A DNA stretch of 64,000 nt from an uncultured Candidatus Micrarchaeota archaeon (GCA_963714085.1 OY970229.1:376392-440391); one strand, 5' to 3'; shown: positions 18,645 through 28,139, counted from the stretch's first letter. A program made the numbers and translations. The notes: a model not told the origin generated them from the sequence alone.

Positions 18645-20696
18645 CTATCCCCCTACTATCTTCACCTGGCCGTGCTCCTTGAGGTACAATTCGTTCCTCT
18701 TGTTGAGCAGGTCGTCGATTATGCGGCGTGCCGTGTTCGCGTCGATGTCGTAGGAGGCGGCGTCGGATATCACTTCCTCTATGTTCGCGCTGTCCTTGGT
18801 CTTCAGATGTTCCCTGATGATCTCCATTATCGTGTCCACCTTCTGCAGCTTGTCCCTCTCGGATTTCGGCTTGCCCGTGGCGATCGTGTCCACGTCCAGC
18901 GTGCCGGTCGCCTTGTCGGTCATCACCTGCTGCATCACGTAGCGGAGCAGGTGGACGGCCACGTCGGCGTCCTTCTCCTCGACCACGTTGCAGAGGCGCA
19001 TCTTGGCGCTGGCCTCGGCGAGGCGCACCAGCCCCTCCAGGTACCTCGGGGTTATCGCCACCGAGCCGGAGTCCTGACCCCTCCTCCTGAGGTCCACGTA
19101 GAAGTATTTAATCTTTTCCGATGCCGGGCCCATGAGCTTGGGCCGGATGTTCCTGCGCGCGTAGGCTATGTATTTCCTCAGTATGTCCTTGTCCACCAGC
19201 TGCGCGTTCTTGTTGTAGTCCGTCTCGTCGCCCATGTGCGTGGCGAGTATGTGCTGGGCGAGCTTGGAGTCCTTCTCCTCGTCGAGCACGTCCAGGATGG
19301 GGAATATGAGGTCGAAACGCGAGAGCAGCGTCGGGGCGATGTTGAACTGGTCCGCCAGGTTCTTGTTCTGGTTGAAGCGGCCCCATTTCGGGTTCGCAGC
19401 CGCGAGTATGGACGTCTTGGTCCTGAACTTGGCCACCATCCCCGCCTTGGCTATGGATATCTGGGCGCTCTCCATGGCCTCGTGCAGCGCGGCCCTGTCC
19501 TCGTCCTCTATCTTGTCGAACTCGTCTATCATTGCCATCCCGCCGGAGGCGAGCACGAGCGCGCCGGCCTTGAGCGTCCATCCTCCGTCGCCGAGCTCGT
19601 CCTTTTCTGCACTGACCGTAAGTCCGACGCCCGAGACGGTCTTGCCGCTGACGTAGATGGATTTGGGCGCGAGGTCCGCGGAATTCTGCAGGAACCTGGA
19701 CTTGGCCAGTCCCGGGTCGCCGATGAGCAGCACGTGGATGTCATCACGTATGGTGGCGCCGCCCTTCATGGTCTTGCCCTTGGTGCCGCCGAAGAGCTGG
19801 AGCGCGATGGCCCATTTGACCTCCTCGTGGCCGTATATGCCCGGAGCCACGGAGTCGATGAGTATGCGGTCTATGTTCGGGTCCGCGGCGAGCTCGAGTA
19901 TGCGTTTCTCGTCCTCCTTGGAGATGTCTATCTCCTCGAAATCCCTCTTGAGGCTCTTGACGTTGTTGACCTCCAGATAGCGGCTGTACACCAGCTCCTG
20001 CTTCTGCCTGAATTTCATGGGCTGCTTCAGCCGCAGTATGCCGGCGAGCTCGATGTTCTCTCCAGGAGTGACGACGTTCACCAGGTCGTCCTCCAGCAGC
20101 AGCTCGATTTTCGCCGTTGGAGCGCCTCCTTTTACCCGCTCGAGCAGCTCCTGCACCTCGGCACGCTGTATGTCCACGAAATCCGACTCGTCGTCCATCT
20201 GCTTCAGCGCGAGTTTCTTGCAGGAGTCGCACCTCTTGGGCGGAGTGAAGTTCTTAACCACCGGATAGCGGCTTGTGGAGTCGCATATCTGGCAGCGGTA
20301 GACCGCGATCTTCACCCTGTGCATGACCTCGGCCCGCTTGGTGACCACGGCCTTGAACGCGACCAGCTCGTTGAGGTTCTTGGAGCTCAGCTGCTCGATG
20401 AGCAGTTCCTGAGCAGGTACGTTCACGAACCGGACATGCGGCTCGAATTCCACTCCAGCTGGCAGCGTCCGCTTCATCTCTTTTATTGCGGTCTCCGCGG
20501 CCTCGATGACATTGTCCGGCTCGGTCACTAACCGGTCGGCGACATCCGGGTCGGACTTCTCCAGCTCCTCGTAATCCACGATGAGGCTGCGCTTGGAGGG
20601 GTAAACGCCGAGCAGGTTGTCTATTTGCGATTTATAAGTGACTGTGAAGAAATCGTTGAAGATTGCTATCATAGGGGTGAGGTCAGGTTTTTCCAT
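18645..20696 (-). CDS. mcm: Replicative helicase MCM
   Basis: Zinc motif CQICDS...CDSC, Walker A LLIGDPGLAKS, Walker B MIDEFDK, and arginine finger SRFDLIF. Confidence 0.97.
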   Translation of the reverse strand: MEKPDLTPMIAIFNDFFTVTYKSQIDNLLGVYPSKRSLIVDYEELEKSDPDVADRLVTEPDNVIEAAETAIKEMKRTLPAGVEFEPHVRFVNVPAQELLIEQLSSKNLNELVAFKAVVTKRAEVMHRVKIAVYRCQICDSTSRYPVVKNFTPPKRCDSCKKLALKQMDDESDFVDIQRAEVQELLERVKGGAPTAKIELLLEDDLVNVVTPGENIELAGILRLKQPMKFRQKQELVYSRYLEVNNVKSLKRDFEEIDISKEDEKRILELAADPNIDRILIDSVAPGIYGHEEVKWAIALQLFGGTKGKTMKGGATIRDDIHVLLIGDPGLAKSRFLQNSADLAPKSIYVSGKTVSGVGLTVSAEKDELGDGGWTLKAGALVLASGGMAMIDEFDKIEDEDRAALHEAMESAQISIAKAGMVAKFRTKTSILAAANPKWGRFNQNKNLADQFNIAPTLLSRFDLIFPILDVLDEEKDSKLAQHILATHMGDETDYNKNAQLVDKDILRKYIAYARRNIRPKLMGPASEKIKYFYVDLRRRGQDSGSVAITPRYLEGLVRLAEASAKMRLCNVVEEKDADVAVHLLRYVMQQVMTDKATGTLDVDTIATGKPKSERDKLQKVDTIMEIIREHLKTKDSANIEEVISDAASYDIDANTARRIIDDLLNKRNELYLKEHGQVKIVGG

Positions 20697-20777
20697 AATA
20701 CCACTATAATTAGAGTGGAATACCTCTTTAGGTAAAAGTGTTTAATAAGCCTAACTGTTTAAGGAATTTGTGATGAC

Positions 20778-21983
20778 ATGTCCAAGGCCATAATCCTTAT
20801 CATGGATGGAGTCGGGGACCTCCCCACGCCGAAGACGCCGTTGCAGGCCGCGAAGAAGCCGAATCTGGACAAACTCGCGGAGGACGGCATAACCGGCCTG
20901 CTCAGCCCGGTCGGCCGCGGGGTGGTGCCTGGCAGCGACACGTCTCACCTGGCGATATTCGGCTACGAGCCGAAGGTCTGCTATCCAGGAAGGGGGCCGC
21001 TCGAGGCCCTCGGACTCGGCATGGCGCTCAAGGAAGGCGACGTGGCGTTCAGGGCCAATTTCGCGACTGTCAAGGATGGGATTGTCACGGACAGGAGAGC
21101 GGGCCGCATAGACACCGTGAGCGCTACGGCGATATCCGGCCTCGTGTCCATGAAGATAGAGGATGTCGATGTCGTATTCAAGAATTCCGTTGAGCACCGC
21201 GGGGCGCTCGTGCTGCGCGGCCCGGGCTTGAGCCACGCCGTTAGCGAGACCGATCCGCATGCCGAAGCCGCATTGCACCAATGCCAGCCCCTGGAGGCGG
21301 GGCCTGCGGCTGAGAAGACCGCAAGGATAGTGAATAAGTTCACCCAGGACGTGCAGAAGCGCCTTTCCGGTGCTTCTGAGAACAAAACGAGGGAGAAGAA
21401 AGGGCTCCCGCAGGCGAACGTCGTTCTGCTGCGCGGTGCCGGTTCTTTCAGCAGCGTGCCGTCTTTCGAGGAGCGGTTCGGCCTGCGCGCGGCATGCATC
21501 GCCGGAGGCGCGCTTTACCGCGGGGTCGCCAGGTTCATAGGCATGGATATCTTCATGGTCCCCGGAGCCACGGGCGACAAGAACACGAACCTCTTCGCGA
21601 AGGGCAAGGCGGCGCTGAAGGCGCTGGAGACCCATGATCTCGTTTTCGTGCACGTGAAGGCGTGCGACTCGTTCGGCCATGACGGCGATTTCAAGGGGAA
21701 GACCAGGATGATAGAGAGGATAGACAAGGAATTGATGCCTCTGCTGCTCAAATCCGGCGCCTGCCTCGTGGCGACCGGAGACCACTCCACGCCCTGCTGC
21801 AGGAAGGAGCACTCCGGCCATGAAGTGCCCATCCTCATGTACGGACCCGAGGAGCGCTCGGACGATGTCGAGAGTTTCGACGAGGTCTCCTGCATGGAGG
21901 GCGGCATCGGCCACATCACGGGAAAGCACGTGATGCCCATGGTGCTCAACCTAATGGGGAAGGGGAAGAAGTACGGGAGCTAG
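20778..21983 (+). CDS. apgM: 2,3-bisphosphoglycerate-independent phosphoglycerate mutase, archaeal ApgM type
   Basis: MSKAIILIMDGVGDLP......PLQAAKKPNLDKLA..G..GL......G..PGSDTSHLAIFGY, and a C-terminal ..TGDHSTP....HSG..VP. Confidence 0.95.
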   Translation: MSKAIILIMDGVGDLPTPKTPLQAAKKPNLDKLAEDGITGLLSPVGRGVVPGSDTSHLAIFGYEPKVCYPGRGPLEALGLGMALKEGDVAFRANFATVKDGIVTDRRAGRIDTVSATAISGLVSMKIEDVDVVFKNSVEHRGALVLRGPGLSHAVSETDPHAEAALHQCQPLEAGPAAEKTARIVNKFTQDVQKRLSGASENKTREKKGLPQANVVLLRGAGSFSSVPSFEERFGLRAACIAGGALYRGVARFIGMDIFMVPGATGDKNTNLFAKGKAALKALETHDLVFVHVKACDSFGHDGDFKGKTRMIERIDKELMPLLLKSGACLVATGDHSTPCCRKEHSGHEVPILMYGPEERSDDVESFDEVSCMEGGIGHITGKHVMPMVLNLMGKGKKYGS

Positions 21984-22099
21984 GTCGGCGGCGGACAGGG
22001 GCCGTCCTCGTCCCCGAGCTTGAACAGGTCCTCGATGTCCAGCTCGTCATCCTCGTCCAGCATCGGGACGCTCTTTTCCTGATTCTGTTTTAGTTTCAT
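21980..22099 (-). CDS. Possible 39-codon acidic mini-protein
   Basis: My own reading gives MKLKQNQEKSVPMLDEDDELDIEDLFKLGDEDGPCPPPT. ggtga lies 6-10 nt upstream of ATG 22099, and CTTTTTAAAT (complement of 22131-22140) lies ~31 nt upstream. It is below the track size cutoff, and I recognise no homology. Confidence 0.3.
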   Translation of the reverse strand: MKLKQNQEKSVPMLDEDDELDIEDLFKLGDEDGPCPPPT

Positions 22100-22193
22100 G
22101 TATATCACCGATTAACATAACGAATCACAGATTTAAAAAGCGGTGTAACAAAAAGCAGGAGCTAGGGGATAAGAAGGGAAGAAAAGAGAGGAT

Positions 22194-22200
22194 AAAAAAA
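22194..22200 (-). terminator. Oligo-T (T7) terminator of the pilus-like operon
   Basis: A7 on the plus strand, 6 nt beyond the pilin stop, inside a pyrimidine-rich tract on the minus strand. Confidence 0.4.
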
Positions 22201-22205
22201 GGGAT

Positions 22206-22772
22206 TCAGCCGAGCACGGTTCCGGTGAGCGTCGCGTCCGCGGGCCTCGGGACCGTGGTGACGTCGTTCACGTAGTTGTAGTATATCACCAGCACGCCCT
22301 GGAACGCGCTGTTCGGGGTCAGGCTTATCGGGTTCCCGTTCACGTCCACGCAGGTCGAGGACATCTTCTCGCTCGAGCCCGCGGCGACCAGCTGCTGCGC
22401 GGGCGGCACTTGTGTGGCGAACGTGTAGTTCGCATCCGCGAACGCGGCCGTGGTGCAGAGCACCTTGGACACGTTCACCGCCTGGCCCTTGCCGTTCTGG
22501 AGGTTGAACTCGGCGACAACCTGGTTCGTGGAGGTGTTCATGATTATGGCCGGGTTCGTGGAGCAGGTGAAACCAGGCTGTGAGAACTCGCAGACCTCCG
22601 GGACCGCGGTGAACCTCGGCAGGAAGTACGCCAGCAGCGCGAGCACGATGACTATGACCAGGATCGCCCAGCCGTAGGTCATCAGGTACTCCATGGCCGC
22701 CTGGCCCTTCGAGCGCGACCCGGGCCGCGCGACGCCTTTCCTTCCATCTTTGTTTTTGCTTTTATAGACCAT
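22206..22772 (-). CDS. Class III signal peptide (type IV pilin-like) protein, 188 aa
   Basis: MVYKSKNKDGRKGVARPGSRSKG/QAAMEYLMTYGWAILVIVIVLALLAYF has a basic leader, KG at -2/-1, Glu at +5 and a hydrophobic helix. ATG 22772 is preceded by ggtg. The 549-aa track ORF (22206-23855) only shares this frame by read-through. Confidence 0.85.
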   Translation of the reverse strand: MVYKSKNKDGRKGVARPGSRSKGQAAMEYLMTYGWAILVIVIVLALLAYFLPRFTAVPEVCEFSQPGFTCSTNPAIIMNTSTNQVVAEFNLQNGKGQAVNVSKVLCTTAAFADANYTFATQVPPAQQLVAAGSSEKMSSTCVDVNGNPISLTPNSAFQGVLVIYYNYVNDVTTVPRPADATLTGTVLG

Positions 22773-22783
22773 TCGGTAACACC

Positions 22784-23851
22784 TCAGATAAGAGTCGAGA
22801 AGAACACGTTGAGCGTGGCGCTCACGAACCAGTACACCAGCAGCGAGCCCGCCAGCAGGAACGGGAAGTACTTGAGCCCCTGGCTCCGGGTGCCCGTCCT
22901 TATGGCGCTCACTATGAGCGATGAGGTCGCGGCAGTGACTATCATGGTCGGTATGGCGAAATAGAAGAACTGCGTGGATGATATCATGGGGCCGGAGAAG
23001 CTGAACGAGCTCAGGGCCCCGAACGCGCCCCCTGCGGCCTGGCCCGTCGGCATCTGCGGCGCGATCTTCTCGAAGACCTGCACCAGCTTCTCGGACACCG
23101 CGAAGAGGAACGGGGTGCCGACCATGGACGCGAATATCACGAATATCTCGTAGAGTATGAGGGAGGCGGCGATCTCCTTCCTCATTATGGAGGTGTTGCG
23201 CACGTCCTCGGCGGTCCGCTCCAGGACCTCGGTGAGCTCGCCGCCGCTCGCGGACGCCTGCTTCATGAGCGAAGTGGTCCGCGTGAACACCTTGCTGTCG
23301 AACCTGGACGCGAGGGTGTCCAGCGCGTTCTCCATGGACTGGCCGGAGAACGAGCTCTTGACCACGGCCTTGACCTCGGTCGAGAGCAGACCGAACTCGG
23401 GCTTGGCCGAGTACCACATCGCCTGGTCCAGCGTCATGCCGGCCTTGATGTTGGAGGACACGAGCGTGAGGAAGTCGGGCAATGCGGCCTCCAGCGCGTT
23501 CCTCCTGGCGTCCGCCTGCATGATGAGGTAGGTGGAGAGCAGCATGGTCACGGTGATGTACACCAGCACCAGCATGATTATGAGCACCAGGAGCCCGGTG
23601 AGGACCGCGGGCACCTTGGTTCCCAGCAGCCCGTTCACCGCTGACACCATGAAGGTGGCGGTGGGCGGATAGACCATGAGGACGACCGATAATATGACCG
23701 AGATGATGATGACGTTCATGGCGAGGTAGCCGGCGAACGCGTCCGGCTGCACGGTCAGGCCGGCGGCAGCGGTGTCGGTCTCGAAGCGCTTGACCTGGCT
23801 CCTCGTGAAAAGCAGGCGCCCGAAGAATTCGAAGGATGTGTCTTGTGCCAT
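22784..23851 (-). CDS. T2SSF-domain polytopic membrane protein (TadC/FlaJ-like platform subunit)
   Basis: LPDFLTLVSSNIKAGMTLDQAMWYSAK...LSTEVKAVVKS...GQSMENALDTLASR.....F.R...L..QASASGGELTEVLE is the T2SSF pattern, with flanking TM helices. Confidence 0.85.
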   Translation of the reverse strand: MAQDTSFEFFGRLLFTRSQVKRFETDTAAAGLTVQPDAFAGYLAMNVIIISVILSVVLMVYPPTATFMVSAVNGLLGTKVPAVLTGLLVLIIMLVLVYITVTMLLSTYLIMQADARRNALEAALPDFLTLVSSNIKAGMTLDQAMWYSAKPEFGLLSTEVKAVVKSSFSGQSMENALDTLASRFDSKVFTRTTSLMKQASASGGELTEVLERTAEDVRNTSIMRKEIAASLILYEIFVIFASMVGTPFLFAVSEKLVQVFEKIAPQMPTGQAAGGAFGALSSFSFSGPMISSTQFFYFAIPTMIVTAATSSLIVSAIRTGTRSQGLKYFPFLLAGSLLVYWFVSATLNVFFSTLI

Positions 23852-23862
23852 TCATGACCGCC

Positions 23863-24732
23863 TCATATGATGTATTTGGGCCTGCTGGTCTCTATGAGGC
23901 CAAGGAACAGGAACTGTATGATCGCTATCACTATGAACACCGGCGCCAGTATGGAGGACGTCATGCCGAGCGTGCCTCCTGAGATCGCCGAGAAGACCAC
24001 GGTGGCGAGCACCACTCCCAATGAGGGCACGATGATGCCGAATACCATGAAGAACATGACTATGGGGGTGAGCTTCTGGCTGTACTCCTTGAGGGAGATC
24101 ACCTGCTCCTTGGATATCTGGTCAAGGACCACCTCGACCGAGCTGCCGACATCCGCGCCCGAGGAGATGGAGTTCGAGAGCTGCATGAGCATGCGAACGA
24201 AGTATCTCGAGGGGTTCTGCTGCGCCTCGTCCCGTATGGCCTGGACGAGCGGGACCCCCAATGTCACGCGGTCCGCTATCCTGCTGAACTCCCTGCTCAC
24301 CGCCCCGTACCCGGAGGTCGCGCCCACTATGGCGTCGAAGAGCGGCATGCCGGATTTCACCGCGATGACGATCTGCCTGCCCGCGAACACGACCTCGTAA
24401 TCCAGCTCCTTGGCCCGCTTCAGCACCATGGCGTCCGGATACAGCATGAAGTAGTAGAACAGGACCAGGAAATACACCACCGCCAGGGGCACGAGCCAGA
24501 GCAGCGACACCGGCGGGTTCTGCGAGAGGAATATCACCCCGGTGAGCAGCAGGAAAGCGACCGCCAGGTAGATGGAAGAGAGCGAGGCCTTCTCCAGGAA
24601 TTCGATGGGCGTCTGGCTCATGTTGGCTAGCGCGAGCTTCTTCTTGAGGTCTGGGAAGTAGGGCGAGAACATCTCGGCTATCGCCATCTGGACGCTCCTC
24701 TGCCGGGCCGACGTTTTATCTTCTGCCGCCAT
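23863..24732 (-). CDS. T2SSF-domain polytopic membrane protein (TadB-like platform subunit)
   Basis: FAGRQIVIAVKSGMPLFDAIVGATSGYGAVSREFSRIADRVTLGVPLVQAIRDEA......YFVRMLMQL...I.SGADVGS is the T2SSF pattern. Its ATG is 2 nt after the upstream stop. Confidence 0.85.
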   Translation of the reverse strand: MAAEDKTSARQRSVQMAIAEMFSPYFPDLKKKLALANMSQTPIEFLEKASLSSIYLAVAFLLLTGVIFLSQNPPVSLLWLVPLAVVYFLVLFYYFMLYPDAMVLKRAKELDYEVVFAGRQIVIAVKSGMPLFDAIVGATSGYGAVSREFSRIADRVTLGVPLVQAIRDEAQQNPSRYFVRMLMQLSNSISSGADVGSSVEVVLDQISKEQVISLKEYSQKLTPIVMFFMVFGIIVPSLGVVLATVVFSAISGGTLGMTSSILAPVFIVIAIIQFLFLGLIETSRPKYII

Positions 24733-24734
24733 GG

Positions 24735-26450
24735 CTAGCCCTCTGTTTCGCTGAAGTACTTTCTCACCATATCATCACTTAAACCTTTCTCACGCGCCGT
24801 GATCTCCTTTGCCCTGAATATGGCCTCCTGGCGCGAGACGTGCTTGCGCTCGTACCTCTTGTAGAACTCCGGGTCCTTGCCGTGCAGCATGTAGAGCAGC
24901 GTGCCGTCGTCCATCTCGTTTATCTCCGCCACCAGGTCCTGCACCTTGGCCTCCTTGGCCGGGACGCCCTCCTTGCCGAAGGCCACCCGGCTGGACGTCT
25001 CTATCGTGGCGTCTATCTGCTTCTTCATTATCGCGCGCACGGCCGAGAACTCCTTCGCGTAATCGTCGTCTATCGCCTTGAGGCGGGCGTCCGAATCCTT
25101 CACGAGCTGCTCGTCGCCAGGGCCGAGCGAGGACTTGAGCTGCCTTATCTCGCTCTCGTGCTTCTGGGTGACGTAATCCTGGTACTTGGAGACCGCGCCC
25201 GGGAGCTGCTCCAGGAGCGACGTGAGCTGGAACGTGAGCTTGTCGAACTCCGCCTTCCTGCCTGACTGGTCCTCTTCTGGTAGCGAGCCGACCGCGTCCT
25301 GGAACTTCTGGCGCATGGTGTCCATCTGGGCCTTGTAGCTGCTCAGTATCTTGTCCTTGGCGTCTGCGAGCTCGGTCTTCTGCGTGGAGACCAGCGTCTC
25401 CAGCACCCTGCCCCTGACCTCCTTCTCCGCCATGCCCTTGCCGACCGGCTTTGCCTTCCTCGCGAGCATGTCCTTGAGCACGGTTATCTCGAGCTTTATC
25501 TGCTCCCTCCGGTTCAGGCTCTTCTCCTTGAACAGCTCCTTCGTGAGCGAGAGCATCCTCTTCTTGAGCGAGGCCTCGTCCACCTCCTGGCCGAGCGACG
25601 CGGTTATCTGCTGCTCTATGTCCAGGTACTTCCTGCTAGCGGCCTGTTCCGCCCTCTCGCGGAGCATGGGCGGCACCGGCGCAACGGGCCGCTCCGGCGC
25701 TGCCAAGGGCCTGGCAACGGGCCTCGGCGCGGGCCTTTCCTGGACCTCCTTCGGGAGTTCCTTCTCTTCGGGCAGCTCCCTCACTTGAGGGATCTTCTCT
25801 CGGGGGAGTTCCTTCTCTTCAGGAACCCGGGGCAGTTCTTCCGGCAGTTCCTTCTCCTCCGGCGATTCGGGCGGCTTGGCCTCCGGCGGCTTCTCGATCT
25901 CCAGCTCCTTCTCCGCCGGCTGCTCCTTGTTCCCGCCGAGCAGCTCCAGCTCTATCTCCGCCGGCCTCTCCGCAGGCTTCTCCTCCTTCTGCGGCATGAG
26001 GTCGCGCTCCAGTTCCAGTGGCGGGCTCACCAGCCGCTCGAACTCGATCTCCTCGGAAGGCGGCTTCGCCTCAGGCTTCCCTGCGGCTATGGGGGTCTCC
26101 ATCTCCCTGCCCATCTTCTCCGCGCCGCTGAGCGCCTCGGTCGTGAGCGCCTTCACCTTGCTCTCCACTTCCTCGGTCTTCGCCTTCATCTCCTTCTTGG
26201 CCGCCGGCGTCGGCGCGGCCTTCGCCCCTGCGGGCGCGCCGTACATGCCCATGCCGGCTGATGTCTTGATTATCTTGTCCGCGCGCTCGCAGAGGTTTAT
26301 CAAATCAGCGTACGTATAGTCCGCGAAGTCCGCGGGCTCCAGGTCCAGCACCTTCTCGAACTCCACCTTGCCCTTGAACGCCGTGTAGGGCTGCGCGGAT
26401 TTCTCTATGTTCCTCGCCTGTTCCGCAGCGGAGTAGAAGTCGTCTGGCAT
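24735..26450 (-). CDS. Operon-embedded 571-aa hypothetical protein, coiled-coil with E/K/P-rich EKELP repeats
   Basis: The central region reads PEEKELPEELPRVPEEKELPREKIPQVRELPEEKELPKEV. It is followed by long heptad-like helices and a conserved-looking C-terminus (..LYMLHGKDPEFYKRYERKHVSRQEA..). I recognise no family. Confidence 0.7.
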   Translation of the reverse strand: MPDDFYSAAEQARNIEKSAQPYTAFKGKVEFEKVLDLEPADFADYTYADLINLCERADKIIKTSAGMGMYGAPAGAKAAPTPAAKKEMKAKTEEVESKVKALTTEALSGAEKMGREMETPIAAGKPEAKPPSEEIEFERLVSPPLELERDLMPQKEEKPAERPAEIELELLGGNKEQPAEKELEIEKPPEAKPPESPEEKELPEELPRVPEEKELPREKIPQVRELPEEKELPKEVQERPAPRPVARPLAAPERPVAPVPPMLRERAEQAASRKYLDIEQQITASLGQEVDEASLKKRMLSLTKELFKEKSLNRREQIKLEITVLKDMLARKAKPVGKGMAEKEVRGRVLETLVSTQKTELADAKDKILSSYKAQMDTMRQKFQDAVGSLPEEDQSGRKAEFDKLTFQLTSLLEQLPGAVSKYQDYVTQKHESEIRQLKSSLGPGDEQLVKDSDARLKAIDDDYAKEFSAVRAIMKKQIDATIETSSRVAFGKEGVPAKEAKVQDLVAEINEMDDGTLLYMLHGKDPEFYKRYERKHVSRQEAIFRAKEITAREKGLSDDMVRKYFSETEG

Positions 26451-26467
26451 GTGGAATCACTTTTGGG

Positions 26468-28081
26468 TCAGCGCCCGAACTCCCATTTCACGCCCTTGCG
26501 CGCCGCGTCTATGACCTCGTCCGGGTTCAGGTAGTAATGCGACACTATCTCGCCGACCTGGTCGACGTCCTCGTAGCCGTTCTTCACCATCCAATCGAGT
26601 ATCTCGGTCTTCTCACGGACGTCCTCCTCTATCTCCCGCTCGTCCATGCCCGCGTACAGCGAGAGCAGCCCCGAGAGCCGGTCCATCTTGCCGACCCCCT
26701 TTATCTTGTCGCTCTTGACGTCCCACTTGTAGAGCGTGTTTATCGCCCCGTTCTTCTTGACCTCGCTGAACTCCAGCACCCTCCTGATGTTGAACCTCCT
26801 GTGCCTGAAGGTCACCACGATGCCCGAGAGCGCGTCCAGCATGGCCGCGGGTATGTTTATCGGCGGGTTGGTGAGCCTGGATATCGTCTGCTCGGAGTTG
26901 TCCGCGTGCAGAGTGGCGTACACCGAGTGGCCCGTGTGCATGGCCTCGAAGAGTATCTCGGCCTCGCGCTGGCGCCTTATCTCCCCGACTATTATGCGGT
27001 CGGGCCTCTGCCTCAATGCGTTCACCATCAGGTCGAGCATCGTGACCTCGCCCTTGCCCTCCGGGTTCGGCTCGCGCACCACCATGGGCACCCAGTGCAG
27101 GAACGACGGGAGCGTGAGCTCCCTCGTGTCCTCTATGGAGACTATCCTCTGGTTGGCCGGGATGAGCCCGGACATCGCGTTGAGGAAGGACGTCTTGCCC
27201 GAACCCGTTCCTCCTGTGACCAGGAGCGAGAGCTCGTTCTGTATGCAGAGCCATATCAGGCCGGCCACTTCTGACGATACCGTGTTGGAGCGTATGAAAT
27301 TCGTTATGGTCCAGGGGTTCTTGGCGAACTTCCTGATGGTGATGGTGTTTCCGAAGCTGGATATGGGGAACATCGTGGAGTTCACACGGTCCCCTGAGGG
27401 CAGGTGCGCGTCCAGCATCGGGTTGAGCACGTTTATCTGCCTGCCGATCTTCCTCGCTATCATGGACGCGTAGTCGTATATCTGCTCCTCGCTCCTTAGC
27501 CGGAGGTTGCTCTTGCACCATCCGAACTTCTTGTGGTAGACCCACACCGGGTCCTGCGAGTTGTTGATGACCACTTCTTCCAGCTGGTCGTCGGAGAGGA
27601 ACGCCTCGAGCTCGCCGAGGCCCAGCGTGTTCTGGAGCAGGTAGACCGCGAGTATCTCCTTCTTGTCCGGAGGGAGCGTCGGGAAGTTCCGCTGCAGTAT
27701 GCGCTTGGCCGCCTCCAGGAACTTGCCCTTGACCTCCTCGAATTTCTTCGGGTCGAGGATCTCGGAGATGTCAAGCTTGACCTCTGTGACCAGCTCGCCC
27801 TTGAGCTTGGTCTCCAGGATGAGCTTGGTGCCCTCGGCTATGCCGGGGATCGTGACCTCGTAGCGCGGCACGAAGTCCTTGCCCTTGATTATCTTGACCT
27901 CCACCGGGAGGCCCTCGCTGGTGAAGCTGTAGGACGCGAGCAGGGATATCTTCGTCCGTCTCTCCTCCGGAGGGGCGGATTCGGGCGCTGCGGCCACAGG
28001 AGGGTCTGCTTCGGGAGGCTTCGGCGGGTCAGCCCTGAGCCTGTCCCTTATCCTCTGTCTGATATCGTCATCCTTGGGCAT
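26468..28081 (-). CDS. Type II/IV secretion-family ATPase (FlaI/TadA/VirB11-like)
   Basis: Walker A GGTGSGKTSFLNA, RIVSIEDTRELTL, Walker B/His box RPDRIIVGEIRRQREAEILFEAMHTGHSVYATLHA. I chose ATG 28081 (MPKDDDIRQRI...); the track start at 28186 would overlap the upstream gene. Confidence 0.93.
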   Translation of the reverse strand: MPKDDDIRQRIRDRLRADPPKPPEADPPVAAAPESAPPEERRTKISLLASYSFTSEGLPVEVKIIKGKDFVPRYEVTIPGIAEGTKLILETKLKGELVTEVKLDISEILDPKKFEEVKGKFLEAAKRILQRNFPTLPPDKKEILAVYLLQNTLGLGELEAFLSDDQLEEVVINNSQDPVWVYHKKFGWCKSNLRLRSEEQIYDYASMIARKIGRQINVLNPMLDAHLPSGDRVNSTMFPISSFGNTITIRKFAKNPWTITNFIRSNTVSSEVAGLIWLCIQNELSLLVTGGTGSGKTSFLNAMSGLIPANQRIVSIEDTRELTLPSFLHWVPMVVREPNPEGKGEVTMLDLMVNALRQRPDRIIVGEIRRQREAEILFEAMHTGHSVYATLHADNSEQTISRLTNPPINIPAAMLDALSGIVVTFRHRRFNIRRVLEFSEVKKNGAINTLYKWDVKSDKIKGVGKMDRLSGLLSLYAGMDEREIEEDVREKTEILDWMVKNGYEDVDQVGEIVSHYYLNPDEVIDAARKGVKWEFGR

Positions 28082-28128
28082 AGAATCCACCGGGCAAACG
28101 TCGGCATGATTAAGCGTATTAAGATAAG

Positions 28129-28139
28129 TATATTTATAA
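28129..28139 (-). promoter_or_regulatory. TATA box of the pilus-like operon
   Basis: The minus strand reads cTTATAAATATAc in the 82-nt gap after giant paralog 1. ggtgga lies 5-10 nt upstream of ATG 28081. Confidence 0.45.

Noticed and set aside
18672-20531. Long antisense ORFs opposite housekeeping genes (619 aa opposite mcm; also 12434-13450 opposite leuS, 20751-21929 opposite apgM, 7661-9073 opposite dnaK, 61612-62838 opposite dnaG, 57304-58206 opposite truD, 49995-51074)
   Set aside because: These are high-GC stop-poor antisense frames with Arg/Leu/His/Val-biased composition and no recognisable motifs. The sense-strand products are unambiguous conserved proteins.
20701-20718. Imperfect palindrome CCACTaTAATTAgAGTGG just upstream of mcm as a possible replication-origin ORB element
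   Set aside because: It is a single copy with two mismatches. There is no adjacent orc1/cdc6 gene, no AT-rich unwinding region and no repeated ORB boxes. It is more likely part of the divergent mcm/apgM promoter.
22206-23855. 549-aa ORF in the supplied track spanning the pilin and the T2SSF gene
   Set aside because: Only its last 188 codons (from ATG 22772, MVYKSKNK...KGQAAMEYL...) look like a real protein. The upstream 360 codons are an Arg/His/Gly-rich alternate frame of the genuine T2SSF gene (22784-23851).
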